From Antedon mediterranea (Eukaryota; Animalia; Echinodermata): a DNA stretch of 64,000 nt. Location: positions 2,976,001 to 3,040,000 of the forward strand of contig NC_092671.1 in assembly GCF_964355755.1 (NCBI RefSeq), given 5' to 3'. Below the pieces are notes generated by a model. It did not search any database, was not told the origin of the DNA, and saw nothing but the letters and a program-made list of their open reading frames with translations. Of this stretch, positions 1 through 14,200 are shown piece after piece. Made by a program: the position numbers and the translations under genes. How positions within the stretch are numbered: the first letter of the stretch is position 1; each line of letters starts with the position of its first letter.

Positions 1-2129
1 TGGTGTGTCACCAATATATTGATTTTCCTGAAAACTAATAAGCATGGTCTATTGGTATGTGGCATTATCGTGCAAACAAATGTACTACACGTGACAAAAT
101 GTTATTTTGCCAAGTAAAAAAGAAACCCTAAAGCTCTGTTTACACTATCAAACTTTATGTGACAAAAAATGTGATGTGCCCATATATGGATATGATGATG
201 TCATATCACTACCATATTTGGGCATATTACTACCATATTTGGGTAAATCACACCATTTTTGTCAAACTAGTTTGGAAAAGTTGATCATTGCTAAAAATGT
301 CACATCATCATTTATAAATTCATGATTGATATGGGTTCTATTGTTCCCACAAATACAAACAATATTTTTCATAGTATGTTTTCATAAAGAAAAAAATAAA
401 TCACATCGCAATATTTACAATTACAAACTCATTAGCGTAAAGTATTTAAAAAAAACGTTTATAGCTCAAGGGGTTTATTGTGCCAGTTTTCCACCTACTG
501 GGTTGAGCCAATTTCTGATGCCTTAGTTACTTAATTTCTACTACAATTCATCTTTCATAACTGCATCAAATTACCATGTTAGTTAATTTGTCATATTATG
601 TTGATATATCCCAACCCTCGGGGCAAAGCACTTAGAGAATAAAGGTAATGCATTTTAAAATAACGACTACCTGACACTTTTAGTTCAATGGTCAGTAACA
701 TTTGATTGTTAATATGTAAACGTCGCAAATGATCAGGAATCCATTAAATAAATTTAAACTTGTCGTTTGTACAGTACATTCATGCTAAACATGACGATAT
801 ATGAATTGAAAACTAGTTCTATTCAACTACCGTGCCAAGTATATAAGAACGCTGCCGATATAAGAACGTCTGCTGCAAAAAGCTAAACATTTCATTCCGG
901 ATTTTGCTGCACAACTAAAGGCATTTCTAGGATATTTTAATATAATATGAATATAAAATATTATACAACCAATGACTGTTTATGGTGTTGAATGGTGAGA
1001 ATATTTCATGAGTTGAAATTTACAACTGTTCTATTTACTGTTAATTAGTACCACTTTTCTGTTCAATGGAACAAAATGCACAAATCGAGGTATTTTTCAG
1101 CAGTTACCTAACACATTTAATAGGTTACGTGTTTGGATATTGATTATTTTATGATAGTTTAAATGTATTTAAGGGTAAAATCTCTATAATGTTGTGATCT
1201 TTGTTTATGTTTTTGTTGCTTATTGAATACATTTTTATAGTTTATTATGTTTAGATTCAACCTGTTAGTGGCGGTTTCATCGCTGTTGGTTGACAACTGA
1301 ATAAAATAAATAAAATAAATAACTAAAATAAATGATACATTAACCAATCAAATGGTAGAAATACTCTTGGGTGTGTTATAAAAAAAAAAAAAAAATTAAA
1401 AAAATTAACTAACTAAATAGAATATACCCTTGTTCCTTTGAATAAAATAGCAGTGATCATACTTAGTACAATACAAAGTAGTATTCTTCAAAACCAAAAA
1501 GTTATTGTAGTAAATATACAAGCTACATTGGACATAGAACACTTTTGAGGACTGACAAATAATGACAGGGTAACGATAGAGGTACAGTGTAGTAATCAAT
1601 GCTAAGTAACAAAATTAGCAATGCTTAAAATGAAAAATAAAACCGATTTCAGGAATACAAGACAACATTAGCATTAACACTGGAAATCTACTTGGAAAAG
1701 GATTGAACTGAAGACTTTAGAATTAGAACTGCGGTGCCACTAAAAACAAAAATAATCCTGTTTCACCTTAGTACATTGAACAAAAATAGAGTCTCTGGAT
1801 GTATAAACTGGAGATTGACATTCCACACACAGTTTAAGAATAAATTTCATCTATTTTAGGTATGAAACAAGATTTATTTATAATGATTCCCTCAGGGGAA
1901 ATGCAATAAGTCACATTTAATTTTAATGAAATGAGTTAAACAAACAAAGTTTAAACCAAATAACCCATCCCTCTTGTAAAACTACTACTAAAAACAAACT
2001 TTCATAAAGTATGACTTATTTCCATTCTCAATAAAGGCAATCAAGTTAGTGGTATGTAGCATAGCCCCCTCTATCTGAGTGTTAATAACAAAGGGTGGCG
2101 TTTGGTGTTTAATTTAAGTGACCTCTCAC

Positions 2130-2269
2130 CTGTTTGTGGGTCATCTCCTGACCATGCTATTGTTACGCCTCCTATCTCCGAGTCACTGAAGCGTAACAAG
2201 AAATTGCCATTTGGTCGACTAAGTAACAGATCTTGAGCCTGGCTTCTGGTCACGAACCCCATGATGGAC
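2130..2269 (-). CDS. STAT5: STAT coding exon 15, SH2 ([46 protein letters not shown])
   Basis: CAG acceptor, GTGAGA donor, FLLRFSDS phosphotyrosine-pocket motif. The next SH2 exon was not found in 1-2129. Confidence 0.93.
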
Positions 2270-5200
2270 CTGAATATTAAATGAATTTATTTTAGCTGTA
2301 GTTATGTAATCTAAATTGAATGAATAAGTTTTGCCGGACCAGCAATCAATTAAACACTTGTACTTAGTCTGAATTATTGCACTACAAACTAATCAAAGTA
2401 CTTTATTAAAGTAGAAACCCCTCCTTTGGGACACCTCTATTATGAGGACACTTTCGTATCAAACTACCAAGGGGCATTATATATTTCAAAGCTCTGTCTA
2501 CACTATCAAACTCTATGTGGCAAAAACAAAAAACAATGTGATGTGCCCATATACTGTATGAACATGATGATGTCATATCACTACCATATTTGGGCACATC
2601 ACACTTTTTTTTGTCAAACTTGTTTGATAGTGTAGACAGAGCTTAACACTATAGCTAACCTCTATTTAGGAAACATCTCTATCTAGGAGACACTCTGTTG
2701 GGTTTCAAAGGGTGTTTCTTTAATATAGATTTTACTCAAAACCGTAAGCACATAAATCTGATATTTAATTTAAATTATTCTTGAAAGCGCATAAACTATT
2801 AACAAGAAAGTTTTCTTGCTATCCTGCTTAATTACCCATCATTCCATGGTCCTCGTAGGTGCTTCCGTGTAAGCTCTTGTACTCCGTGGAACCACTTCCA
2901 AAATGTGAAATTCCTACCTGGTAATGGATCCTGTAAAGAGATAGAAGCCAATCAAGTTGAAAAAACATTTATTTGTTCAACAATGGCATATTTTTTAACA
3001 GTGTAATATATAGGTGTGTACATTATTTAAATGAAACAAGGTAATAAGCCATCATTTGGGGTCTTCTCTAGAAGAAATCAAGTTTCTTGTCTCAAGAAAG
3101 ACCCCAGAAACAATACATATAAACTAATACAATTTACTACTTAAAATAATAAATAAAACAAAGAACGATGGAATAAAAATAGATACATTCAGAGTACTAC
3201 AATCATAATAATATTAAAATTAGTATAAAGAAATAAGATATTTTTTTAAATTTTACGAAAAGTATAAAGAGATTTAAAATGTGTTACTCTTTAGCAATAA
3301 TTAGGTTTAAAAGAGGGTGTGTTGTACTGTTTGTTTTCTGTATATTATTGAATATTGGATGTGATTTATTATGCTTAATATCTTGATGTTTTGACGCACC
3401 TTTTATAGATTAACTGCCACAAATATTATTAGCTTCAAAAAGGTGCGAAAATGCTGCTGTTTTTATTCAGATATTACCATTTTAACTCCATTAAAGTAAT
3501 GTTCAAATGCAATGCAAAAAAATACTTCAAAGTTAAAATTACCAATACAGTGCACTTAACCTATAATATGTGACAAACGTGTGACACTGTATGACAGATT
3601 ATTCCTAATATACTGAACAGAGATGTCCTAATAACATTGTAAGCATATGAAATACAAACCAATAGGTGAATTAAAAAAAAACCAAGCCAAACTGACCCTG
3701 TTAAATGTACTCCAAGATAGCTGGATTGTGGAATAGTCGTCTATTTGGATATTCTGGCCGCTAAATGCCTTCTGTGCTAGGTAATTAAGGTTCTCAAGTG
3801 ACAGACTTCTACCGTTAGCTGACATAAATTTAGAATTCAGAGCTTTCCCCATATCTGGCCAGGCTACTCTATCTGGTACTGCAAATGGAATCCTTCCCTA
3901 CAAAGCGTAAAATAAATTTTTACAAGATTAATTTTTGGCTTGTTATAAAAACAAAAAATCATACAATCTAGACAAAATGAATTCATTGTTTAACCTATTA
4001 ACCTATAAATCACATATTAAAAGGGTCTGTATAAATTACTGAAATACATTGAAATTATCAGAAAAAATTGGCTAATGTTTACTACAAACCAAAATTAGTT
4101 TTACTACGGTAATAGGAAATGCTGCTATTAAATATTATTATTTAGCAATTGAACTTTAATATAGAAAAAATTGATATATGCTACATTAATAAATCAATCA
4201 TTGTATTGTACAAATTCAGTATAAATAATCAAAAATAAATCTATATATTGAAAAGTTCCATTCTCATTTGAACCTGGAAACTTTAGTTACATGATGGGTA
4301 CTTAACAACTAGACCACAATGGATCATTATTATATATATTATTGTTTTCTTTATAATTAAAATATGTTATTAATTTGGTCATTCTTAAAAGATACTGTAC
4401 TATCTATAAAATATATTATATATGGTAAGAATTGGAGTTCAAAGGTCGTAATATTCAACTTACTGGCTCGGCAAAGGCATTGTCCCACAAGACTGTAGCC
4501 AATGCGTTCGACTCCTGGTTGCCGTGGACGATAACTACAACCGGGAGAGACATCGTCTGTGTGGTATGACAAGAAATTGTCCCATTTTTACGTATATTTA
4601 AGGACATCCCTAATTGGCAGAGTAAGCAGGCAGACGGCAACACAACCGTAAAAACACCAGCGTACCCACAGCAAATAAATAAATTAAAAGCAACGAAACA
4701 AAATAGAGAACCATGCAAGAACATAAACCCTTTCCAGAATAAATAAAATCAGAAAAATTAGAAAATGATTAGAGAAAATTTAGATAGCTTGTGAGTAATT
4801 CAGGAGATTTTCCATGTGTGTAGCCGTTTACCCACAATCCTCGGGAAGGAGCAACAGTTCCGATGTTCTCCCAGCATGCTTTAGCACTTACTGATTCGGC
4901 AAAAGCATTATCCCAGAGGATGGTCGCAAGAGCATTGCATTCTTGGTTACCATGCGAGACCACAACTACTGGTAGAGACATGGTCTAAAAAGAAGACGAA
5001 GAACGAAAAAAACGCAAACAAAATAAAAGAAAAGAACTGAAAGTAGCCAAAGAAAAAAAGCATTTAGTTTTCCGCAAAAGCTGCCCCAATTATTAAAACC
5101 AATTTCTATCACCAAGTAACAAAAAGAAAGAAAAACACAGACACATGAAAACACAACATGCAAATATAAGTGTAAACATTGATAATTATTATACAACAAG

Positions 5201-8200
5201 ATGAAAACATAAATATGCTGTATTCTATGTTAAAATGAATGATACATTAATAAAAAATATAAACATAATATATATAAAGTATTAGTCTCTTTCCGAGTGT
5301 AGACCACTTTTCAAAATTCTGGTCTGAAAAATGGTCTATTATTGGAGAGAGAGAGAGTGCAATTTATGGGTATATTCATAGTCATACAACAGAACTACAG
5401 TGATAATTCTAATTTGGCCACAATGATCAATGACTCATCATATAATTGTGGTTACATTTTGAAGGGTCAGGGTTAAAGATCCACCAAAAAAAAAAAATAA
5501 TAATAAAAAAAAAGCCCTCAGTGGGACTTGAACCAGGGATCTCAACTGTGAGAGGCTGGATACATAATCATTACACCAAACTCTCATCCACTACTTTGTA
5601 GTGTGCAGTTAGCCTATTTATACACTAGAACTAATAAAAAAAAATATAAAAAAAAAAAACATTTTTGGGGGGGAATTTTATGTCGGGAAATTTTACAGTA
5701 GGCGGAGGTTTGTACTCTCGGAGTACCCTCTAGTTGTAAATGTCATTTAAAGAGAAGGCCCCTGGATATCAGCTGACCTGTAGTTCAGCTGGAAGGGTTA
5801 CCCTCTTTAAATAAAGTTTAAATAAAATAAATTATAATTCAACACAAATTAAAATGAGCAGTGCAGACCAGTCAGTTTGAATTGAACTACAGTATAGTTA
5901 GCGTTTCAAACCCCATTTAAAATGTCAAAGTGGTACTTGTCACATATTTGGTTTTAAAAAGAACATTTCTCAAATAATAATTTTGGAGGATATTCTCCCC
6001 CTCCCTGACCTAACTCCATACCATGCCCAACCCATTGCCACTCCTGTACTATTTTTGGATGGTCACTTACCCTAACTTGAAACACTAGTTCACCACTGGC
6101 TATTGAAAATGTTGACTGAAACAGAATGGTAAACTTTTCTTCTGTAACAAACTGAAAATATAAATTTAAAATAATTAATTTAAATAAGTAAAACCAATTT
6201 ATAATGCACACATTTTATTGATGGTCACTTATGACAAACATTTGTTATTTGAATAAGGATAAGTATTTCATCATAATGTTAAAACACTAAGCACTGTCTA
6301 TACCATCAAACATTATGTAACAAAAAAATGTGATGTGCCCATATATGGACATGATGATGTCATATTACTACTATATTTGGAAATATCACTACCATATTTG
6401 GGCAAATCACACTTTTTGATTCACTAGTTTGATAGTGTACACAGAGCTTAAACCACATTTGTTTTCTAGAAAATGACATCAACAAATCAACAAATATTGT
6501 TTAAATGTTTTATTATTGTGTGTTTATTACTTTACATATAAGAATAAATACATTTCCTGTCAACCATATTTACCTCTGACCCCCTCCTATCTGCTCGTCG
6601 AATCCTCTTCAGTGACATATTTCTAAACGTTACAGTAAGATTGCCGGATTCTTTGTGGTATTCCATAACTCCACAGTTGTTCAAGATATCTCCACTTGTC
6701 TCACTAAAACGAAATAAGATACACAGTTAATAGAAAGCAAATGTATGTAATGTATGGTCTGCATGGCTTGTGTACTCGATTCATTCCTCTCTGATTTTGA
6801 AAGATTTGCAATTTCTTTTTGTTTTGTTTCTGTTTCTGAAGTTTTTTATTAGATCTTATCATAAATCATTAACGAATACTAGTACAAAAAGACAAAACTT
6901 TGGACATGAAGTAAAACAAACAGTAAAAAATTAGTCAACAACATTTTGTTTACAAAAAGCTGAACATGCATTAGAGTGTGTTAGTTATCACCAATAGATA
7001 ACAATTTTATTATTTTTTTTTCAGTTACGTAGGGCTATTCCGAATGACATGATGTGTAATTAATCAGAATACAATCAGGTGCGTTATAACATCCAATAGC
7101 TATAACTATTATTAAAAAATAATGATAATATGATATACTCACTTCATTCCTAAGTTATTATCATTGAGTAAATTCTTGGCTTGAGCCTCACTAACAATGG
7201 TAGCCTTAACTTGTGGGGGGTTCATGTGGACGTTTAGTTTACCCCCGACCAGTAACCGGACAGACGCTGCAAATCGTGTCTCCTTCTTCAGAACTTGTGG
7301 CGGTTGCTTCTCAATTATGAATGTACTGTTGAGAGAAAACAAATATTTGTTTTATATAATCTTAGAATTATAAAATAAAGGGAAAGGTGACTCATGTATT
7401 CATTCTCAATGTAAGGGAATGAGCTTAAGCTCCGTCTAAACTATCAAACTACTTTGACAAAATAAGTGAGATGTGCTCAAATATAGTAGCGATATGCCCA
7501 AATTTATGGTAGTGATATGACATCATCATGTCCATTATATGAGCACATCACATTCTTTTTTCATATAAAGTTTGATAGTGTAGACAAGGCTTTATTGTAC
7601 TAAGTCTTGGCATTATGTGGTAGGGTGATAAGTCTTAATGAGATATGCAACAAGTATACAGTAAATACAAATATAAACAAAGAATAAATTACATATTATT
7701 TACAATGTATGCTTTGTCATGAAAAAAAATACACAAAACAAATTAAAACACTGGAAAATAAAAACCAGTTGAGATCTTATAATTATATATAATACCTTAC
7801 ACAGTAAAAAAAGACAAATTGAAACTAAGAAAGGTACAAAATTAAGTTTAAGAAGGAACTGTATATAGATGTCATGTCATGTGGAAATCAAGGATTATCT
7901 TATATTAGATCTGAAGAATAAAAAATAAATCAAAAATAAAAATAGAAGTGTATAGCATGGCATAAACGTAGATCTGGAGTACACCAGCAGTGAAGTCAAC
8001 TGATACTATGTATCTGTCAATGATGGCCTTGTGTCTTCAGAAGAGAACGGTTACAAGAACAGTAATGTAATGTTGATAAATGATTCTATTCATCTAAGTA
8101 GGTAATGCATAAGTTTGTATCAAACAATCTTTTACTTGATGCATTGTATTAAAATTATGCATTAATTCTCATTTTGTATCATTACCATACAGTAGTACTA

Positions 8201-11200
8201 TTAGAGCTCTCTCCGTCCACTACGTCTTAAATAAATTACTCTGTATTTTCCAGCGAATGCATATACCATACGTTTGTGTTGGAAAAAAAAGAGGCTTACC
8301 ATTTCATATTCACACATTGATCTGATTTTGATGTAATATTTATGTAAATGTTCATATGTATTCGTTATGGTACCATATGTATAATGTTATTATATAATCG
8401 GGTTCTATACTTAATTAAAAAATCAAGTTAAATGGTACAAAATTCATTTAAAAGTAAATCTTCTCCATAAGTTAAAAAAAAGTTCTAAAATACTGTAGGA
8501 TTTTTTATTATTTATAAATCTGGTACCTTTAATCTGGTACCTTTAATCTGGTACCTTTAATCTGGTACCTTTAATCTGGTACCTTTAAAGTGGGGATGTT
8601 CTTTCTGTTATTTACTTAAGTATATAAATAGTAGTGGGTACAAGAAAAAATGTAAATAAAAATACGTATTTTCTGAGAAAACATCGAAAAAAGACCTAAA
8701 ACTTGTTTTTACTTTCTGTAATTGTAGTATTGAGTTCTGAAAGAAGATCTAAAACTCACCTTGTTACCAGCGTTGAGAAGAGAGCTTAATGGTGGTATTG
8801 AGTTCTGGGAAAAGATCTTTAAACTCACCTTGTTACAAACGTTGAGAAGAGAGCTGTAATGGTGGTATTGAGTTCTGAAAGAAGATCTAAAACTCACCTT
8901 GTTACCAGCGTTGAGAAGAGAGCTTAATGGTGGTATTGAGTTCTGGGAAAAGATCTTTAAACTCACCTTCTTACAAGCGTTGAGAAGAGAGCTGTAATGG
9001 TGGTATTGAGTTCTGGAAAAAGATCTAAAACTCACCTTGTTACCAGCGTTGAGAAGAGAGCTTAATGGTGGTATTAAGTTCTGGAAAAAGATCTAAAACT
9101 CACCTTGTTGCAAGAGTTGAGAGTAGAGCTGTAATGGTGGTATTGAGTTCTGGAAAAAGATCTAAAACTCACCTTGTTACAAGCGTTGAGAAGAGAGCTG
9201 TAATGGTGGTATTGAGTTCTGGAAAAAGATCTAAAACTCACCTTGTTACAAGCGTTGAGAAGAGAGCTGTAAAGGTGGTATTGAGTTCTGGAAAAAGATC
9301 TAAAACTCACCTTGTTACAAGAGTTGAGAGTAGAGCTGTAATGGTGGTATTGAGTTCTGGAAAAAGATCTAAAACTCACCTTGTTACAAGAGTTGAGAGT
9401 AGAGCTGTAATGGTGGTATTGAGTTCCGGAAGAAGATCATTACCAGGTACTTTCATTGGTAGTTGTTGTCTTAGTAACTCTACTTTCTTGATTTGTTGTC
9501 TGTTATGCCATGTGATTTCAGCTAACATTTCACACCTAAGTGTAAACAAAAATGTATTTAGGCACATTGCCAAGAATTGCCATAAGTGAATGTTATCACT
9601 GGTCTAATAGGTGACAATCTTTTCGCAAGACACTGTACATAAACAAAGTTTAACTATAACAAGACACTCTACATAAACAAATGATGGAGTGGCGTTTGCT
9701 GCTGTTGTTAAAAGCCCAGAACCCAGGGATTAATACTAACACATATTAACCACCAAATTTTATTTTTAGTTTGCTGTCATTTTATGCACCAGTTTATTAA
9801 TATTCATAAAGAAGTCAGTGAGTCTCTAGTTCTAATCATATTTGAATAAAAACTTAACCAAATATACATCAATGTTAAGTTCTGAGATTTGTAAATTTAT
9901 AAATTGGGACAAGGAGCAAATGTACACATTACAAACCCCTATTGAGGGGACACCCATATTAAGACAATTGTTTGGTTACAAATATGTCCCTTAGTAGGAG
10001 GTTCTACTGTTCAAGAAATCCATAATATACTTCTTTTTTTTAAACCATATTTACATCCAACAATTGCTGATCATTAGGGACCTTCAGAGGTTCACAAGAC
10101 AAGCATATACACAAGATGCTTGACATAAACAAAGTCTTACAAGTCTTTGGGAGTGGAGTTTTTTGTCCTTTGAAAAAATCTTGACATGTGACGGGACTTG
10201 AACCCAGTAACCATTTAATCACAGACATAAATAACATTTAGTCAAGCTCTCCTTTTAAATGTCAGAAGTACTTTCCATTATTGTTTTCAATGAAAACCTC
10301 CATTCAACTACTAAACGTATTTTAACATCGAGAAGAAATCCAAACCAAACATAGTGATTTAATGTTTCTCCGCACATACCATTTTTGTAATTGATCCAGA
10401 GTGCCCTCTAAAGGCCCTCCGATTCCAGCTAATTGTTGTCGTCGCTTCCATTGTATCAACTCGTCTTCTAAGACTGTATGCTGTACATCTTTGATTTTCT
10501 CAAACATTTGTTTGTGTTTTTCAGCCAAACTCTAAAAAAAATGTAAGGTTAACAACATTCAATTTAAAAATTATGTTTTGACTAAAGCTCTGTCTACACT
10601 ATCATACGTTATGTGACAAGAAAGTGATGTGCCCATATATAGACATGATGATGTTATATCACTACCATATTTGGGCACATCACACGATAAACATAATTGC
10701 GAGGTTTCCCTATTTTTACCAAGGAAATCCAACTTGATTAATATTAATATTCTCAAAAACTGTTTGCAGCTCTCCAAATTGTCAAGATTCGCAAATATTA
10801 ATTTCAGAATAAAATTTACATTACAAATTAATTTTCAAGTTTATTTTAATTTTGTGAAAAGCAAATGTTAATTAGAAGCAATAACACTGATTCCAGTTAT
10901 TTTCTAATTCAGATCATGAATAAATTTGTTGTTGTTAATGTTTTAATATGTCTAGCCCACACATTTCGCATAATGCTATCCAGTAGGAAAGAATGACATT
11001 TCAAAGTCCCTAGAAAGTAGTTTGTTTATGTACAGCTCTGAAATGATAAGTAAACTGATCCATGTTGTACATTAGACATAGAAAAATGTTATGACCTACA
11101 TTTGTGTACCCAGGTCAAATAATAAAAATGTCACATATATTGAGTACCCAAGTCAATGATAATTTAACATCATGTGACCAGTATTTGGCAAATTTCACAT

Positions 11201-14200
11201 ACATTGAGTACCCAAGTCAATGATAATTTAACGTCATGTCACCAGTATTTGGCAAATGTCACATATATTGAGTACCCAAGTCAACATTAATTTAACGTCA
11301 TGTGACCAGTATTTGGCAAATGTCACATATATTGAGTACCCAAGTCAATGATAATTTAACGTCATGTGACCAGTATTTGGTTAATGTCACATACATTGAG
11401 TACCCAAGTAAATGATAATTTAACATCATGTGACCAGTATTTGGCAAATGTCACATATATTGAGTACCCAAGGCAATGATAATTTAATGTCATGTGACCA
11501 GTATTTGGTTAATGTCACATACATTGAGTACCCAAGTAAATGATAATTTAACATCATGTGACCAGTATTTGGCAAATGTCACAAACACTGAGTAAGTACC
11601 CAAGTCAATGATAATTTAACATCATGTGACCAGTATTTGGCAAATGTCACATATATTGAGTACCCAAGTCAACATTAATTTAACATCATGTGACCAGTAT
11701 TGGGAAAATGTCACATACATTGAGTAGCCAAGTAAATGATAATTTAACGTCATGTGACCAGTATTTGGCAAATGTCACATATATTGAGTACCCAAGTCAA
11801 TGATAATTTAACGTCATGTGACCAGTATTTGGTTAATGTCACATACATTGAGTACCCAAGTAAATGATAATTTAACATCATGTGACCAGTATTTGGCAAA
11901 TGTCACAAACACTGAGTAAGTACCCAAGTCAATGATAATTTAACGTCATGTGACCAGTATTTGGCAAATGTCACATACATTGAGTACCCAAGTCAATGAT
12001 AATTCAACATCATGTGACCAGTATTTGGCAAATGTCACAAACACTGAGTAAGTACCCAAGTCAATGATAATTTAACATCATGTGACCAGTATTTGGTTAA
12101 TGTCACATACATTGAGTACCCAAGTAAATGATAATTTAACATCATGTGACCAGTATTTGGCAAATGTCACATACATTGAGTACCCAATATGATTTCAAGC
12201 TGTGACTGCCATGTGTCACATCTTTGACATACAAATGTCACCCACCCATGTGGTCGTCATAGAAGTAATAAATCATACATATTGACAGATGTGGTTTTAA
12301 TTCACACATTTTCATATACATGTCAGCAAGCAATAAAACTATATTATTAGAAAGTATTGGTATTCCTGAAAAATTAGAAAGAAACTCAGATATCTTGTTG
12401 GGAATAATGATGCCCGGAATATTGTAAAACTTACAATTCTCATTGTTAGCAGATGTTGTGCTTCTGTTTGTAATACAGTCTCTAGGTCCATTTTCTTTTG
12501 CTTTAGCAACGGTTCCTGAGCTAACCGATTTGGATCTCTTTCCGGCAGAGATTGTAATTGTGCTAACTGATCTGAAGATAAAGCAAACATTCATTCACTC
12601 ATCACTGGAAAATAATTTCAATTTATTAAAAATATATATACATTATGTTTGCTCAAGCATTCTGTGGTCATGGATGATTCGATTACATTTTTTAGGCAAA
12701 CTGTACCAGGGCTAATTTTGAAATCTACTTTTTATTATATTACTTAGGCCGTAAGACAAATCTTAACCAAATTTAAACCGCAGATATGTGGTCACAGAGG
12801 GCAAGCCGGACCAGGATCCCAATTCTGGACCACTCATTATTTTACTAATTTAAGGATGTACGTCAAAACTACAAGATGGATCTTTTTCACGATTCTTGAT
12901 CATCTATAGCTAATGTAGAATTTACTATGTAGATAAAACTCTGTCTACACTATAAAAAAAATGTGATGTGGCCATATATGGAAATGATGATGTCATATCG
13001 CTACCATATTTATTTAAGCATATCACCACCATATTTGAAAATATACATCACACTTTTTTTTGTCAAACTAGTTTGATAGCTTTGGGTGTTTTAGTTACTG
13101 TACTTACTTTGTAATTTCAGATTTTCTTGATATTGAAAGACAAACATCTCTTGTTTTTGTTGTAAGGTATCCAAATCCTTTTCTGTATCCTATACATGAA
13201 TAAGTATAATGACCATGCATCAATAAAATACACAAGTAAGAACTGTATATGACTACTGTATGTGGTCTAATGGTATGTTACCAACTCTGAAAGTCATGGG
13301 TCTAACTCCTCTTCTGTACCCTATAGATGAACAGTTTTAATGGCCAAATGCATTGATCAATAAAATACACTATTAAGTGTTGTATGTGGTATAATAATCC
13401 TAAAAGAGATCTTTTTTTTCATACAATAAAATTTCTTCTTCCTTGAGGAACACATTTGCATATTATTTGACAAATCTGACCTAATTTGCATATTATTTAA
13501 ATATTATTTGACTAATTATAAGATACATACAGCCGTCATGATCCTCAACTCATGTAAAGTTGTTTCAATACTTTCATGACTGTCTGACATTGGTGTTCTT
13601 GCCAAGTTACCCTGCAACATACAAAACACAAATTATTATATCAATTTTACCCCCTTTTTTTTGCGATATAAATATGTTTGATTTAGTTAGGGAGAAAGAC
13701 AGGGAGGTAATTTACTGTATAGTATAGCCACTACTGTTGACTATTACTCTAGAACCCCTCTTTTTGGACACACCTATTTAGGGGACACACCCTAAAGCTA
13801 TAGCACATTCACACTACTTGTGTTGTGATGGAAAATTAGAGTTTATCAGCGCCATCTTTCAGTGTTGATGTAGTTTTCCTCAGGGACACCAACAATTAAG
13901 GGGACACCACCTAATAAAGGGGAATTTCCTTCCTTTTTCTGAATCAACGTCAAAATATGGTTTAACAATTTGGCTAACACTATTAAGGGACACCTCTATC
14001 ATTATGACAATTTTTTGAGTCATAGAAATGTTTCCTTAAAGTTCTACTGTATCAGTGCAGTGTTTGTTGCTGTTATACAAGTCGCTTTAAATACGTCCAA
14101 CCCTGGAATACTGTAATAATGTCTGGGTTCCTAAGTTTTTAGCAGATGAGGATAGGTTGGAGAAGCTACAACAAAAGGCCACCCGATTCATTCCGGAACT

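Noticed and set aside
4464-4984. Duplicated exon as an assembly or haplotype artefact, or a pseudo-exon
   Set aside because: Most third positions differ, the flanking introns are unrelated, and both copies keep their frame and splice sites.
8709-9589. Repetitive ORFs (174, 108 and 101 aa)
   Set aside because: Artefacts of the 69-bp array; only 9380-9535 is the real exon.
11127-12187. CRISPR-like regular repeats
   Set aside because: Head-to-tail units with no unique spacers, in a eukaryotic intron, with no cas genes.
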